64,000 bases of DNA, taken from NCBI GenBank assembly GCA_052327205.1, contig CM126220.1:13206001-13270000 (forward strand), in the 5' to 3' direction. Source of the DNA: Somniosus microcephalus (taxonomy: Eukaryota). Each line of letters opens with the position of its first letter. The stretch's first letter is position 1. Made by a program: the position numbers and the translations under genes. Below the pieces are notes generated by a model, which saw only the letters and a program-made list of their open reading frames with translations, searched no databases and was not told where the DNA came from. This document shows, in pieces, positions 35,461-50,230 of the stretch.

Positions 35461-36855
35461 AATTTGCAATGTTTTAACAGTGTAGAGGGTGGGTTGCTTC
35501 GCCTCTCTAATAAAAACGCCAAAACAAATGAATACATTCAGGGTAGCACCTATTAAAAATGCTATTTATGTGCAGCCGGGCGCCGTTCCTGCACACTTGA
35601 GATCAGTTTTAGGATAGGCGATTGTACAATAGCAGACTAACTAATACATATACTTATAATAATAATGTGATACTAATACATTTAGGATATGAAACGTGTC
35701 AAGGCAATGGTTTAGCTACCCATGTATTTAAAAAAAAAAAATCAACGTTAACAAAAAGGAGTATCTTAACTCCAACATTTCAGTGCCGGAATGTGAGGCA
35801 GTTTTTTGCACAGCTCTCACCAAGATCTGCGGTTTCCTGATAGGGTATAAGTTCAATCCCTAGCAATAACAAGGACGGTGTGTGCATGCAGCACTGGGGG
35901 AGAGTACACGTCAGGACTCGATCCGAGCAGTTTCACTTCACCTGCCTGCTCACATGCATCTCTCTCTCTCTCTCCCTCTCCCATTACAGTCAATGCCTAC
36001 ACTAGGTCCCAATTCTGATCAATGCTTCCTTCGGGCGATTTTAGCCCTCCCGGTTAAGATCACGATTGCTTTGCAGTCTTTCTATTACTTACAGTAAAGA
36101 GAGGTGGGGGGTTTGAGGGGAGACATTCCCTTCACAGTGCATCATAACTGTGTATGTCTATCACCGTCAACAATCAACCCGATATTAACAGCGGTATTAA
36201 TATTCGAGATAATCATCAAATTTAATTAAAATAGCGGAGCTGCCAGATTTCGCTGCCTGATGCGCCCAGTGTTATGTTGCTTTTTCTCACTATTTGTACT
36301 GTTTACACTTCCGCAGTAGGTGAATTTCAAACCGATATACTTGTGTTATTATCAAATTAACACGGTCTAAAAATAAGTGTCAATCACCGAGTTGGTTTTT
36401 TTTTGTTATGCAAGTCAGTTGTTTGACTCCGTTTCAATCTGTAAATGTAAAACTAAAATCTTTCAGCCCTGCCCAGAGAAAAGCGACCTCCACGGCGGCA
36501 CCTCGACTTCCTTTTCTGATGGAAAGATATTTAAAGATATTTTAATCATTTATTTTTCAGAGAAGCTAGGCTGGCAGAATTGAGGGAGGCGCAGAACTGG
36601 CTCCCAGACTAATAGATGCTATCTTGTCGCCTGCCTATGCGGTGGAAATGAACACGGTTGACTAAACGGGAAAAAAATGTTAATATCTGAACAAGAGCAA
36701 CTTATATTTACATAGCGTCTTTAACATAATAAAATCAGTCCACTGCTAATCCCAGTGCCATGCTCTCTTCTCATAGCCCACCCGCAAGCTTTAATATCTG
36801 ACCATATGTTTTACATTCACGATGAAATAACTCATTTAGTTTTGTGCTAATACGA

Positions 36856-36950
36856 TAGAAGGGTTTCGACCCGAACCGTTGACTCTATTTCTCTCTCCAC
36901 GGATGTTGCCTGGCCTGCTGAGTTTTTCCAGCATTTTCTGTTGTTATTTA
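36856..36950 (+). mobile_element. Penelope-like terminal repeat half-copy
   Basis: agaagggtttcgacccgaaccgttgactct plus family body. Confidence 0.65.
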
Positions 36951-39900
36951 GTTTTGTGCTAACATTGTTTAAGGACTCGAGGCGCTTTCAGCTTGCATTA
37001 TATGGACAGCCGGACCAATGCAGCACGTTTAACCCCGCAGTCAGAATTCTCCATCTTTTTTTCCTGTTATTTAAGACACCAACAAATTCCACTGTTTTGT
37101 TTTTTAAATTTAGAAACGGTCCGGCGTGTTTATTTACAGATACATTGTAGTAGCTTACTTTCAACAAAAAAAAGACACCAGTCTTAATGAGTTAAAGTGT
37201 ACACTGTAGTTTAAAACAACTCCAACTGTTGGCCCGCGTTGATAAAGGAGACTGTACCCGGCGGCTACTCCTGGAGCGGGACAGTCACTGCCAAGCAGTT
37301 GCAATCATTTAAAACTACGAGGTTTCCATGGCCGAATATCCAGGTGTGAGCCGTTTCCCCCTATCCCCGGGTCCTGGGCTTCGAAGCAGAGATTGATTGG
37401 TTTCCATAATGTAGACATATTTTAAGATCACTTTGTGAAAAAAGGTCCCATTTGCTTTAATCACCGGTTGGTAGATTGTCATCGTGGCCGCTACTCCCCA
37501 CAATCCCTCCATCGAGATTTATTCGGATATTAAGAAAAGGGCGTTAAATCTGCGCGAGGCCTGACTGAAGTATTTACTCCTTAAAGTAGCTGAAAGCAAA
37601 ACTCTACAGATAAGAAAGACAAGGTGATTCATGTTCTGTCTGTGTGTAATGTACGAGCCAAAGTCGACGCTTTGAATCATTGCCACGTCGGAAGTGTCTT
37701 TTTTTCTGACTCTCTGCAGGCGTTAAAAGATAAAATGCATTGACCGGGTAACGAGGAACTGTTTAACCAGTCTTTTTTTTGCGGGATGCCCCAGGGAGCT
37801 AGACGCAACTGGGCCAGGGCAGAGCTGGGGCGGGATAGTCAATGTGACTGTCCCGGTATGGCAACTATTGCCCAGCGAGGTTAAGGACTTGAACCAGAAA
37901 CTCATGAACTTGTCATTATTTAACATTTAAAGAAACCGAGCAATTTTTGAGTAGTTCTAGCAAGTTTATCTCTCTCTTTGGGTCTGAGTCTATCCTTTCG
38001 TTTAAACCAACACTGTAACTACACTACATTCAACCCCTCAATGTATAGATTAGTTGGTTGAAAACAACATGGGAAAGCTCCAATCAAAAAAAAAATCTTT
38101 AAACACAATTTTGTTGGAAAAGCAATACCTTTAAATAAGTAAAATATACTCTAAAGGCTGCTGACTGTTTCACTCTCAATCAAGGTCGATCAGTTTAGAC
38201 ATTGCCAGAAATGATTAATGAAACCCTTTCTTAATTTAGAAGCAGTGAGATTATTGTTCGGAATAAAACAATACTTACATTGCAATTGGTGATAAACAAA
38301 CATGTCTTTCGGTACAGTTTCTGTACCAACCTCTCTTGAAATTCCCCAAGGTTTGTGCTCAGGGATGTTCTTTAAATGTTGTTTTTTTTTTGCTGTCCTT
38401 TTTATTGGCCGGGCGGGTATCTCTGGTTCCACTCAATGACGCATCAATTTTACCTTAACCACAAGGTTTTAATTGAATCATTAACGATCAGTTTAATGGC
38501 ATGTGCATTCTATCTTAATCTTACACATTTCCAGCAGATCCAATGGGCGTGCAGGTTAAGCAATCGCCGTTTCCTCGGGCCTCCGCAATATAACCAAACA
38601 CAAGCAACGCACTAAAAAGCATCTGAAAAATATCCATTTCGTACACTTAATATGTATTTCAAGACAAAGCTACATTATTAAATACAGCTGGCATTCTATA
38701 TGCCCATTGTAAATGGCCCAGCATTGCTGAGCGCGTGTTCTTCCTTTGGAACCTACATGCAATCTGTCTAAATTTGTCCAAATGTAAACCCTGCGCTGTC
38801 TACAAACGCACGCACCGAATAGGAACTCCCATTGTTGACACGGGACCTTTATAAATGAATTCTTCAAACTGAAAACCGAGCTTGATTAATGGACCAGTGC
38901 TTTTTTTTTTACTGTCATGTGGAAACTGGGAGCCCTCAAAACCGCTCAAATAAACAGGGGCTTTAACGTGAAAAGGTGACTTTGTAACGTTCATTTATCA
39001 TAAAGGGGAATTGCACAGAATCGGAGGAGGGTGGCTGCAGCATCGGCGGTGGGATCCTTCCTATTACCTGTTCAGACTCTGTTATTATAAGCATAATGCA
39101 GTTTGCGCGGGGTCCCTAATAGGATTAGACAAGAGTTAAAGCCTCACCTTCTCTCCCTTTAGACAGAAACCGAGTTAAAGGTCCTCTTGCTATCAGAAAC
39201 ACACGGGATCGGTCTGGTTAAGCTTATATTTGACCCTTAAACAATGCCTGTCAAATCTGACAGCCCATATCAGGATCTGGACTCTACTTTATTTAGCTGA
39301 AGGCCGTGCAGATATTTTAAAAGTTTACATTCAAACTCACGGGCAAGTCTGAGCACAACAGGTCGGAATCGCCAATCCTGCTTGTTTCTCCCAAGTGCGC
39401 GCAGACAGACGGCTCTCTCGGCCTCACACACCCCGTAACGGACATCAGATGCCAATGAAATTGAGCCATGCTGGAAACTAACCGGCGATAATCGAACTCC
39501 GGATTAACCCGTGGCTGCATCGACTGTGTGTGTGTATGTGTGTGTGTGTTTTTTCCAAACAGGGAGCCTGCCAAACAGAGCTAACTTGTTTAATGACTGC
39601 GGTGTTTAACTCGTGTGCAGCATTGAGCAGGTCCATTTGAAACGTCCCGATCATTTCTCCTTGCAACCCCCAAGTGATCGCTTGCCACTTTCAGCTTGAC
39701 TTTATGTCCCGCACAACGTTTAGCGTCAAACGGCCCGCCATCGCCCTAGTAACCGGTTAACATATTATTGTAACGATATTCAAAAGGTCCACACTGCTTT
39801 ATCATTTGGACACCAGCTGGGGAAATATCGGAACGTTTACGAGACTGCGACACTTACTTGGGAGGGGGTTAAACACTTGCAGGTTTCCGTTCTCTTTCTG

Positions 39901-40417
39901 TAAAGTTTGTGATCAAGCCCTTTTTGTTTTCAATGAGCAGACGACAGATGCTCAATTTCACTCTCTTACTGACACCGCACTCTGCTTTCATGCGATTTCG
40001 GGACGTTTCTTCATTGTTTTCTCAAATGCACCGCAAACTTCCATCTACGGGTAAGATCGTCTGCTCTTGCAGCTGAATGTTCAGATCCAGACTGCGGACG
40101 CCCCCCCCCCCACCCCCTCCTTTACACACCCTCACACTTCACTTAGGGCTGTATTCTGATCCAATATAGAGATGGAGAATGGAATTGTCATCGGAAGAAA
40201 TTTAGCATTTCTTTCGCTCTCTCTGGTGATTTATTCACTCGAGTCATCTCTCCCAGTTAAGTGAAAGCATTAAGTAGCGACCCAGAAGGGTGGTTGTAAC
40301 TTACAGAGTTCTGTCATGATTAGCAAGAATCATACATTCTTGACTCCCTTAACACTGGAGAACAACATGTCAAATATTTACACATTCGTTCAGTTATGTC
40401 CGCCCTCTCTCTTTCGT

Positions 40418-40450
<33 letters not shown>

Positions 40451-41996
40451 GTCTTTCCAGATTTTGTAAGCAACTTGCTGCTCGCCTTCCTTTGACACTG
40501 GGTTATCCGCACCAGGTGTTCGCGTTTACCTTGGATCCAATCGCCCTAACAATTTATGCCTTAAATGTTATTTTTTTCCACCCTCCCAAGGGCCATCTGT
40601 TTTTCTCTCTTTTATGAAACCCGAATGTACAGATAGTCGACTGACAGGATGAAATATGAATCGACGCGACAAGTACTGAAAGCGTCAAATTCCGCACTGT
40701 TACTTATTTAAAACAAGCCGCAAAAGGCGAGACCGCCTACAGATGTTTTAAAGACGGAAGTGTACAGCGAGGAGAGAGAGAGAGAGAGTTAGGAAAAGTA
40801 AAATAAATGACATGGAACTGCGCTTGCTCCTACAGGCCGCCGGGAACGTGGCAATGAGTGTCCCAACATATATAGTTAGTAACAGTCCGTTTACTCTTTA
40901 TTATCAGTCACATTTGCAGTCGCGTATTTAGCAAAATGGAGAATTCGACATCCAACTTGGGCTTTAAAAAAAAATTGGACTGGCGGATTTTAAAAGAGAG
41001 GACAAGAGGCCAAGGGAACGAACAAAAAAAAGTTGAAATAGTATTAATACGCATTTTTAAACCGTTTTCTCAAATTGCCAGTCAATACCCGCTACATACG
41101 CCCTGGGTGATCTTTGCATCAAGGAAGAAAAATGGCTCTGCAAGTTTGGTAAGAGTGTTTCCCATGTCTATCTGTGTCCTGACTCTTCTACACACCAAAT
41201 GTTCCCTTTACAGCCAGGCAGAGAATTGCAACTGATTTTGCTGATCATTACACGAACATTTGTGCAATTGCATTTTTTAAACTAGAGGGGACTATAAAGG
41301 ATTGTAAAGTGCCGTTCTTCACCAGGATATGTCATGAACTGCTCATTATAGAAGCTTGATGAGCTACATATATATATATCGATTTTATGCCATTGATTTT
41401 TCTACCTAACGTCCTTAATATCGCTGACTACTTCTCACAACTCTCCACTTGATAGTCCATGAAACGTTTACATTGCGAATCCTGGGGCTTGGGATTGTGT
41501 GCTTGGGGCATATTTAAATGTACACTTGGTCTTATCAACAACAACAACTTGCATTTATATAGCGCCTTTAACGTAGTAAAACGTCCCAAGGCGCTAAATG
41601 CATGTAATTTATCCTGACACTAAATGCATTATGGCAGATGTAAGGTGGTCAAAGGCGACCTGATAACAATCTAACACATGTAGAGCGGAGCGATAGACAG
41701 CGCTGACAGGTAGTGCAGCTGATGTGTTTACCTATTAAAGAAAGGTGCAATTTCCCTTCCCTTAAAAGAGAGGGGGGGGGGGAATCAAGATTTAAAAATA
41801 ACTTTCCAGGCACAGGAATCATCCGACTAGATCATTTACCTCACTTTATGAACTGCAGTGTGAAATCGGAAGAGTTCCGATTCCAGGTGTCTGGCGGGCA
41901 TGGCATCGGTGTTAAGGGATATTTAACATAGATGGGAAACAGTAAAACAAATTATTTTAAAAACTGCTCTTTTAATGAAGTCTTTCCATTAACACA

Positions 41997-42216
41997 ATAG
42001 CAAAATACTGCGGATACTGGAAATCTGAAATAACAACAGAAAAGGCTGGAAACACTCAGCAGGTCAGGCAGCATCGGTGGAGAGAGAAACAGCGTTTCAA
42101 GCTTCTATAATGAGCTCTTCATGAAACACCCTGTTGAAGAAACGTTAGCTCTGTTTCTCTCTCCACGGATGCTGCCTGACCTGCTGAGTGTTTCCAGCCT
42201 TTTCTGTTGTTATTTC
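41997..42216. mobile_element. Penelope-like palindromic repeat (second subfamily)
   Basis: Inverted arms share the variant aaggctggaaacactcagcaggtcaggcagcatc. Confidence 0.7.
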
Positions 42217-42302
42217 TTTCCATGTACAGGCGTGTAGAGAAACAGCGAGGTGGGGGTGTTAGAATGCAAAAGAGAATCAGGATCGCGTGATGTGCCTTTA
42301 TT

Positions 42303-42644
42303 AAAAGAAAGACCTGCATTTATAGAGCGCCTTTCACGACCATCGGACGTCTCAACGCACTTTACAGCCAATGAAGTACTTTTATTGAAGTGGAGTCAAT
42401 GTGGGAAACGTGGCAGACAATTTGCGCACAGCAAGCTCCCACAAACAGCAATGTGATAATGACCGGATAATCTGCTTTTAGTGATGTTGATTGAGGGATA
42501 AATATTGGCCAAGGACACCGGGGAGAACTCCCGCTGCTCTTCTTCGAAATAGTGCCCTGGGATCGTTTACGTCCACCTGAGAGAGCAGACAGGGCCTCGG
42601 TTTAACGTCTCACCCAAAAAACGGCACCTCCGACAGTGCAGCAC
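42303..42644 (-). mobile_element. Deu-domain SINE, 5'-truncated
   Basis: Tail at 42305-42340 and central gcacctccgacagtgcagcac at 42625-42644. Confidence 0.8.
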
Positions 42645-43076
42645 AGCAAACTTTCAAGAAGTCTCCTTGGGAGGAGATTGTAAGAAAATCAGAGCTTTGA
42701 ATATTAAACCACACCAAGTATTTGACAGGCGAACGCTTCTCCACTCTAGTCCGTCCAGACTTGCTCATTATTTCTGGTTATATATAAACGCAGCATCAAT
42801 ACATTTTAGATGTGGCTGTACGTTGCATATAAACTAAGTTAAAACGGGTATAGTGTAGGTAACACTGAGAAAAATAAATGGCGAGCGTACCGGTGCGTCT
42901 TACTGTCAGTTCGGGGGTGGGGGGTCAGTCGTTCATTGTTCTTGTTTGATTCGTTCTTGAAGAGCTGCCGATTTCTTCGTTTCCACACCGCATAACCGCG
43001 CTGGAATTTCCTTTACATTTCAAGTCACTGAAACATAGTAAATAAATCCCCGCCAGCTTTGCTAAAATCACTTCTA

Positions 43077-43163
43077 AACAACAGAAAACGCTGCAAACAC
43101 TCAGAGCGGGTCAGGCAGCATCCGCGGAGAGACGTTTCAGGTCGATGACCCTTCGTCAGAACT
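43077..43163 (-). mobile_element. Penelope-like terminal repeat half-copy with intact hammerhead core nucleotides
   Basis: Minus strand AGTT-CTGACGA-A-GGGTC-ATC-GACCT-GAAA-CG-TC. Confidence 0.65.
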
Positions 43164-46100
43164 ACCATTATATATCTATTTCGCTGACCATCGCGTCAAC
43201 GAAAAGCGGTAACGATGCCGATTGCGCGGTTGTCTATTTTTATTTCTGCTGAAGTAGCTTCCCACACAATATCAGAGCCGCTGACTGCATTGTGCACAAT
43301 CCGTGCAAATAACACAATCAAATAGCGTCGATTCGAACATTGCCCACTCACAGTCAACAAGTGGTGGATGGGCACGAAATCAATATTGTGGGGTTTCAAG
43401 GCGCAATAATGAATTTGGGGCCGACTACGATTAATTACATTTTTAAAAATGTTTACCATTATATCTATTCAAAATAACACCTCCATGGTTGGTTTGTTTC
43501 GAAATCTCTCGGTGTGTGTTTCGTCGTTGGCTCCGCAGTTAGACAAAACAAGATGCCTCACATGCGTTCATTTACTATCACTAACAACAACAAAAAGCCC
43601 GCCCACATCTTCTGTGTGTCAGATGCTAAATATCTGCCATGCTTCTTTGGAAATTGTCGAATCCCCTCTCCCACAATTTGCAAATTTCCAAGCCCGTTTC
43701 AAACACAAGGTTCAGCTTATACCAACCCGGAAAGAAGACCCGAAAACCATTCCACACGAACAAGGCGCCTACAACCCAGGGAGCTGAAATATTATCACCA
43801 AACATGGAAACTTTCATAACGGATACATTACGATATTATTTGTAATCATAGAATCCTACAGCGCAGAAGGAGGCCATTTGGCCCGTCGGGTGTGTGCCTG
43901 CCTCGCAATAACGCTATTAAAGTTAGAATCATACCGATGTTTTGCTTCAGTTGAAAGCTCACTGGAATTTAATTTTGTTGTAAAGACTGATAGTAGGGCA
44001 AGCGCTCCACTTTTTTTTGATCATAAAGACAGGGGCGTTCATAACAATTATCACAGAGACTTCCTGTAACCAGCACAATAATTCATTGTCTAGGATTTAT
44101 TTTTGTTATAAACGTAGCGCCGCCACCCGTCTTTGTTTTCGGTCCCATTGTGTGTCTGTTGAAGATGGCTGGGTTAACAAATACCCTTTTCTGTGGCGTG
44201 TAGCCCTTGCCATTGAGTCGCACTTCCTAATTAAGCAGGTGTGTAGATACACGCGATTTGCTACAGTTAATGTGCCTTTCATTAAGTGTTTGTTGTGCCT
44301 TAACATTTTAATAGTCTAATCAACAGCACCACTCCAAACTTTTCTTTACCATTCACGTGTCCACTATCAAGAGTGATTCATGAGCTTTTGAGTTTCCTGA
44401 AGAGACTGATAGTTAAAGCAGATAACGAGCATCAGCAATCACCCGAAAGGCGACCTGACCTAAAATAAACTCAATTTAACTCCACAAGTTTGGCATAAAG
44501 AAGACAAACACGAGTGGTGGGAGGGGGCGGTGAATTAGTCCGGTCAAATGAATTCGCCTAATTGGCAATCTGATTAAGTACCGATCTGTTGATGCGATAT
44601 TTCGATCAGGGTGGAAGAGAAGGTGAGACAGAATCAAAGTTAATGTGAGTGCATTGCCCAGCGTGCAATTGTGGCTTTTAAAAGCCAACTAGTCGCTAAA
44701 TCAACAGAAGGTAGACAATTGGGAAAAAAAGCTTTGCTGCGGTAAATCTTTCCTCGCCCGAATTTACCAGGCAGATCGTTCCATCTCACGTACCAGGTTA
44801 GGATGTTAATCCTTCGCGCCTGCTTTCAGAGTACAAAAGAACGGTGGAATCTTTTTAAGAGAACTTCTGGGGGGAAATGGAAGGGATCCTTTATGGCCAT
44901 TCAGAGTGTCTTTCAGCATCAAGTCACCTGGAAATATAAATGACCACTAGAAAAGGTTATTGGTGGTCCTTGAGAGTTTAAGATTTCCAGAAGCTTCCAT
45001 AAGCAAACTTGAAACAAACGAATGGTAGATTTTTCTGTATGTGCAGTATTCTATCTGTCAGTGAGTGTGTATTTATATATCCAGCAAATATCAACTGAGA
45101 ACTGTTAACGATCTCTACGTCTCCACATTGGAATAATTTATGTTACATTGCCTCGTTCTTTACTGTATTCTTTACTTTAATGTGATTATTTAAGAGTATT
45201 TTTATATTTGCAGTTAATATTTCACACGCTGCGTTGTGTTAGGCGCCGTTGCTCCGTTCCACATCATACCTGCCAAAAATAACGAAATAGGGGAATCCAA
45301 TGCTTTAACCTTCTGATTGTATTTGTAATTAAGGGCCATTTTCTTTGTAATGCCTGCACACATCAACATGCAATCGCAAGCAAGAATACACTGGCACCAT
45401 ATAAATAATTATTCTCTAAGGAATCCATCGATGATAACTAAATTTAAAAAATCAATGTTTAACCTCTGAAGTCGATAGTTATGCATAATTAACTGTAAGT
45501 ATGTGTGTGTGAGAGAGATTTTGTGTTTTACTAGATTATTCCAGAACCGCAATGCGAAACTGGTTGCTGACTCTGTGTTATCCTGCATAAATTAATGGTT
45601 AACTAGGTACTAAATCTTAAATAAACAAGGTGCGATTATAAAAAATATCAAGTTGTCCTAACTATTAACAGTATATAGTGTTGGAAAAATAACTTTCGAA
45701 TTTCTTTCAAAATGCTTCATTGTATCCAATTAATACACGCGGACTTAACTCTATACAAAATTTAATGCAGCATCTATTAATATGACTGCTGAAAACAGAA
45801 TTGTATTTGCTAACGTGCTACTTGTAAATTAATATTTGTTTTGGAAGAAGCCATGTATTTTCGCAGCTTTCTGGCTCCCAATTTGTAAGCCCAGTTTTCA
45901 GTGCCACCTCTCATTATTCCACATTTACTAGAGCAAACAGCTACTTTAAAGCCTCATTTCTTTATTCTTGTCCTAAAACTAAAGACAAATTATTAACGGC
46001 GCAAAACGTGGCTTCAACAGGAACATTGCAGAATCTCCACTAAGAAAAGCATTTTCCAGATATACGAAGATATTTTAAAAAATGTTTGATAATGCGGTTT

Positions 46101-48827
46101 GATAAATACATCGAGCCTCCCTTAATTTGTAACTTTGGGAATTTGCAGCCCAGTAAAATGACGCATAATGTGAAAGAGAAGGTTTTCCCATTGATGAATC
46201 GACACACACATTAACAGAACACATTAACAACAGGAACGGTGCAGGCACACCAACAAAAACACCAACTCGATTGTAAAACATGATTGCAACAATTGCAATT
46301 TATAAGGAAAAGCCAATCAAAGTCAAAGTGAAATTCAATTCAAATGAAGGAAAGATGCACATTTTTAATACTAATTGTCCCTCTCTCCACGTTATATATA
46401 CTTATAATAAATAGCCACCAATGTATGTACAGGTATTTGAGGTGAAAGGAGAATGTGCAACTTTCGGAGAGGGAAATTCAATAAAAGGTGCGAATGTTCT
46501 AATTATTTGGACGATTTACGACGTTTTTGTCTTTGGAATCAACCTTTATTTTTCGCCTCAAGTAAAATCCGCCATTTCAAATCTCGCTCGATTATTCCGA
46601 TATGTTTTACCCTGCAGAGATGTCCTTTATCCAGCTAGAAATTGAGAGGGCTCCCTCCGTGACCAGTAATTACTTCGGCTGTTGCTAACTTTATTAGGTT
46701 ACGAGTCCACGGTTTTAAATACCTTCTATTTTAAATGCATTTTTAATGGCGGGGATGATCTGTATATTGTGTATCGGCTGCCGTGCTAATTTAATCTTCA
46801 TTAACATTGTTACATTTTACGCGTTTGCACATTTCTTATTTTCGCTGTTTGTCTTGCAGAGTTAGCAGCGTAAACGTCATCTTAACTCAAAGAACACAAA
46901 ACTGCACAGCAACCATTGAAAGATGTGCGACAAACGATTATTTCTGGCTACCTGCCTCAGACCGCTGTGCCGATGTGTTTCAGGCATTTGGGAGGTCGAT
47001 CTACCTAATCCGCCCCTTCATTATAGACAAAATATAACCAAACGTTTTCTCTAAAGCAAATTTAAATTTGCTAGACCCAACTTTGCCAACTATTAAGACA
47101 ATACAAATTCCAGTCCTAGATTATGTGGCTTTCAATTACAGAAGTTTTGTTTAATACCCTATTGATCCTTACGGCCATACACTTGATTTCATCTTAATTC
47201 AAAGCATTAATAAGCCAGCTACAGTCATCCATTTTATAGATGAAATGACACTGCGGTTTACCAACTTAGTCTGAAATTCCTCTCGCCCCCCATTTTAGCG
47301 CAGGTATTAAGTCCGGGGAGAGCATTTCACGCGAACACTTCAAGGGTTCGCAGGCGGCATAATTACAGCGTATTTCCGTCCCTTTCACAGCTCCTCGTTA
47401 ACTAGGTGTAAAAATGTAACCAAAAAGGCATAATAGAGATCAAACGCTGAAGTATAAGTCGATTTAAATCGAATTTTGTGGTTTAACAGACGCCCCGCTT
47501 AACGAAACGACACAGACTCGATACTGGAATCGTATCCAAATAAAACCAGCAACAGTCAGATTAATTAAAACTGATCGGAAGCTACAGTAAATAGTTTATA
47601 ACTATCCTATTCAAATCTAACTCAAACCCCCAGGATGTATTGGAATATTCGCGGAGCATTTAATTAGAATTAGACCGTTAGTATTTTTTTGTTTATTAAC
47701 ACATTGAGTCAGCAATCTTTTAATCGTGGTATTACCTAGCACTTCGAGCTGTTTTGTTTTAAAGCTGGATAACAGGAATGACTACTCACCTTTAAAATAC
47801 TCGTATTATTATTAATAATAATTGAAACCTTTAAAAATAATAGAGCAGTGCTCAGTGTTATCACACTGTTCTCAATGGTAAACAGGAGTCTCGTCCTTTC
47901 CTATCACCCGGGCAGTAACTGTTCCTTAAGTCTAGACTTTCATTGCCGTTTATTTGGGGAAGTGTTTTGTATCATTTAAATGTTCTGCCCTGAACACTGG
48001 TAGAATTCAATCTGACTCTCAGCCAGACAGTCTGGGAACCACCAGAGTGGAGGAGCCCAGGAAAGCTGATCTGTTCCCGGCTGGGATTTGGAGACTGGGA
48101 TACACTGACACTTTAAAAAATATATATCCAGGGCACAGCGCAACCGTTTCTGCGTGTGCTAAATTTATAACCAGTAAATGAAAAAAATGTTAGAACGCAT
48201 ATCTATTTCGAGCTATGCTCCTCGGCATCAATGTGAGAAGTTATTGGACATTACGCAGGGCGGGAGGGCTGGAGAGCGTTAGAGATATATGTCATATCCA
48301 ATAATGTAATAGACGGTTCCCTTTCCCTGCACCTCAGGCTGTATTCAGGATTTGATTATCAGAATATCCCATAATTTCTTGTATTCTCCGGATGTTTATA
48401 TTATAACTCACATTTTGTTGAAGACTCAACTCAAACTCACAGAGAACTGCTGGATACTGAAAGGAGCCAACGGCGTTGGGGCCGTGTGTATTGTGCTCGA
48501 AAAATCAACAGTAGGCGATTACAGCAAATACTTTCAAACCACATTTTTTAATTAGGCATTAGAGGCTCCTCCGGCTATGTCTGCTCACTGTTTAAGCACA
48601 CACCTTTTTATAGAGGGCACGCAGTTCCTATCTTTTCCAAGAATTCTGCCAATAACTCACAAAGAATCGCCTTGTTGTAGGGACCTGTGAGCACTGTACT
48701 AGATTGAGTCTAACGCCCTGAAATGTCTACTGAAAATGTATTAAGTGCGAGTTTGATATGCTTCATGGAGCAGCAGATAACGCGGGCATTGATTTAACCA
48801 TTGATGTGCTCATTTTTATTGATAGAT

Positions 48828-49202
48828 ACCATTTATATAGGAATTAACGGAGTAAAACATCCCAAGGTGGTTCACATGAGCATAATCAGACAAAATTGAC
48901 ACCGACCCAAAGAAGGAGACGTTAGGACAGGTGACCAAAAGTTTATTCAAAGAGGTAGGTTTTAAGGCGGATCTTAAATGAGGAAAGAACCGAGCATTGA
49001 GGGAGAGCTGAGGGCCTGGACGGCTGAAGAGGCAGCAGCCAGCGGAGGGCTGAAAGAAATGGGGGATGCACAAGAGGTCAGAATTGGAACAAGCAGAGAT
49101 CTCGGAGGGTTGTATGGCTGGAAGAGGTCACAGAGATAAGGATCGGCCAGGCTATGGAGGGATTTGAACAGGAGGATGAGAAGTTTAAAATCGATGCGTT
49201 GT
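48828..49202 (-). mobile_element. L2 LINE 3' fragment
   Basis: QRIDFKLLILLFKSLHSLADPYLCDLFQPYNPPRSL, typical of the L2 ORF2 C-terminus. Confidence 0.8.
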
Positions 49203-49807
49203 GTAGTCTGGAGTAGGGGTGTGTTGATCCCCACTGCTCCTTTTTTTTTATCCTTTTGACTTGAGTGCCGAATTAGGTCAATAGACAACCTCCATTTTCA
49301 CTGCGGCCAGCAAAGGTCCAAAGTGGAACGAGCATCTCATAGACCCGTTAATATTGGACGGCCAATGTGTTAACTGGTGAACTCAGCTGACTGGACCAGT
49401 AGACATTTCCGACAAGCCCCCTTACACTCCAACTCCTACCAACTACTTCACTTGGATTTTCACGGATGGTTGGTCGCATTTGACTTGGAGTCTTCAGTTT
49501 ATTAAAAGAAAATTACGGTGATCATCACTTCCTGGTGGAATGTATTTAAAATGTGGTGATATAAACATCCGATTAACACAAAGGCCTCATTATCAGCGAT
49601 GGATTTCCCCCTGTTTTCAGTGTTAGTTGGGAGCAGGTTGGCGAGAAACACCAAAGGATGGGAAGTTCTTGCCTGTAAGCCACACATCTCCCTGGTGCGT
49701 CCCTTACAACCAATACACGGCCCTTCAGCTCAATAAAAGGAGCATTGCTTTAATTGGGAGCGAATTTTCTAATTGACCCACATTTGGATTATTCGAGAAA
49801 CTTGGAT

Positions 49808-50230
49808 CTTCTCCCCTCTGAGTCAGAAGGTTGTAGGTTCAAGTCCCGCTCCAGAGATTTGAGCCTATATTCTAGGCTGACACTCCAGTGCAGTACTGAT
49901 GGAGTGCTGCACTGTCCGAGGTGCCGTCTTTAGGATAAAATGCTAAACCGAGGTCCCGTCTGCCCTCTTAGGTGAACACAAGAGATCCAATTGCATTATT
50001 TCGAAGCAGAGCTGGGGGTGTTCTCTCCGGTGTCATGGCCAATATTTATCCCTCAACTAACATCACTAAATAAAACAGAGTATCTAGTTATTAGGGCATT
50101 GCTGTGCGTGGGAGCTTGTTATGCACAGATTGGCTGCTGCGTTTCCTACATGACAACAGTGACTACACTTCAAAAATACTTTGGGACTCCTGAGGTCGCG
50201 AAAGGCGCTATATAAATGCAAGTCTTTCTG
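49808..50230 (+). mobile_element. Deu-domain SINE
   Basis: B box GGTTCAAGTCC, gtgcagtactgatggagtgctgcactgtccgaggtgccgtc, tail aaaggcgctatataaatgcaagtc. Confidence 0.8.

Noticed and set aside
37342-37349. Perfect T-box half-site AGGTGTGA (possible autoregulation)
   Set aside because: A single 8-mer is expected by chance in 64 kb; no paired site seen.
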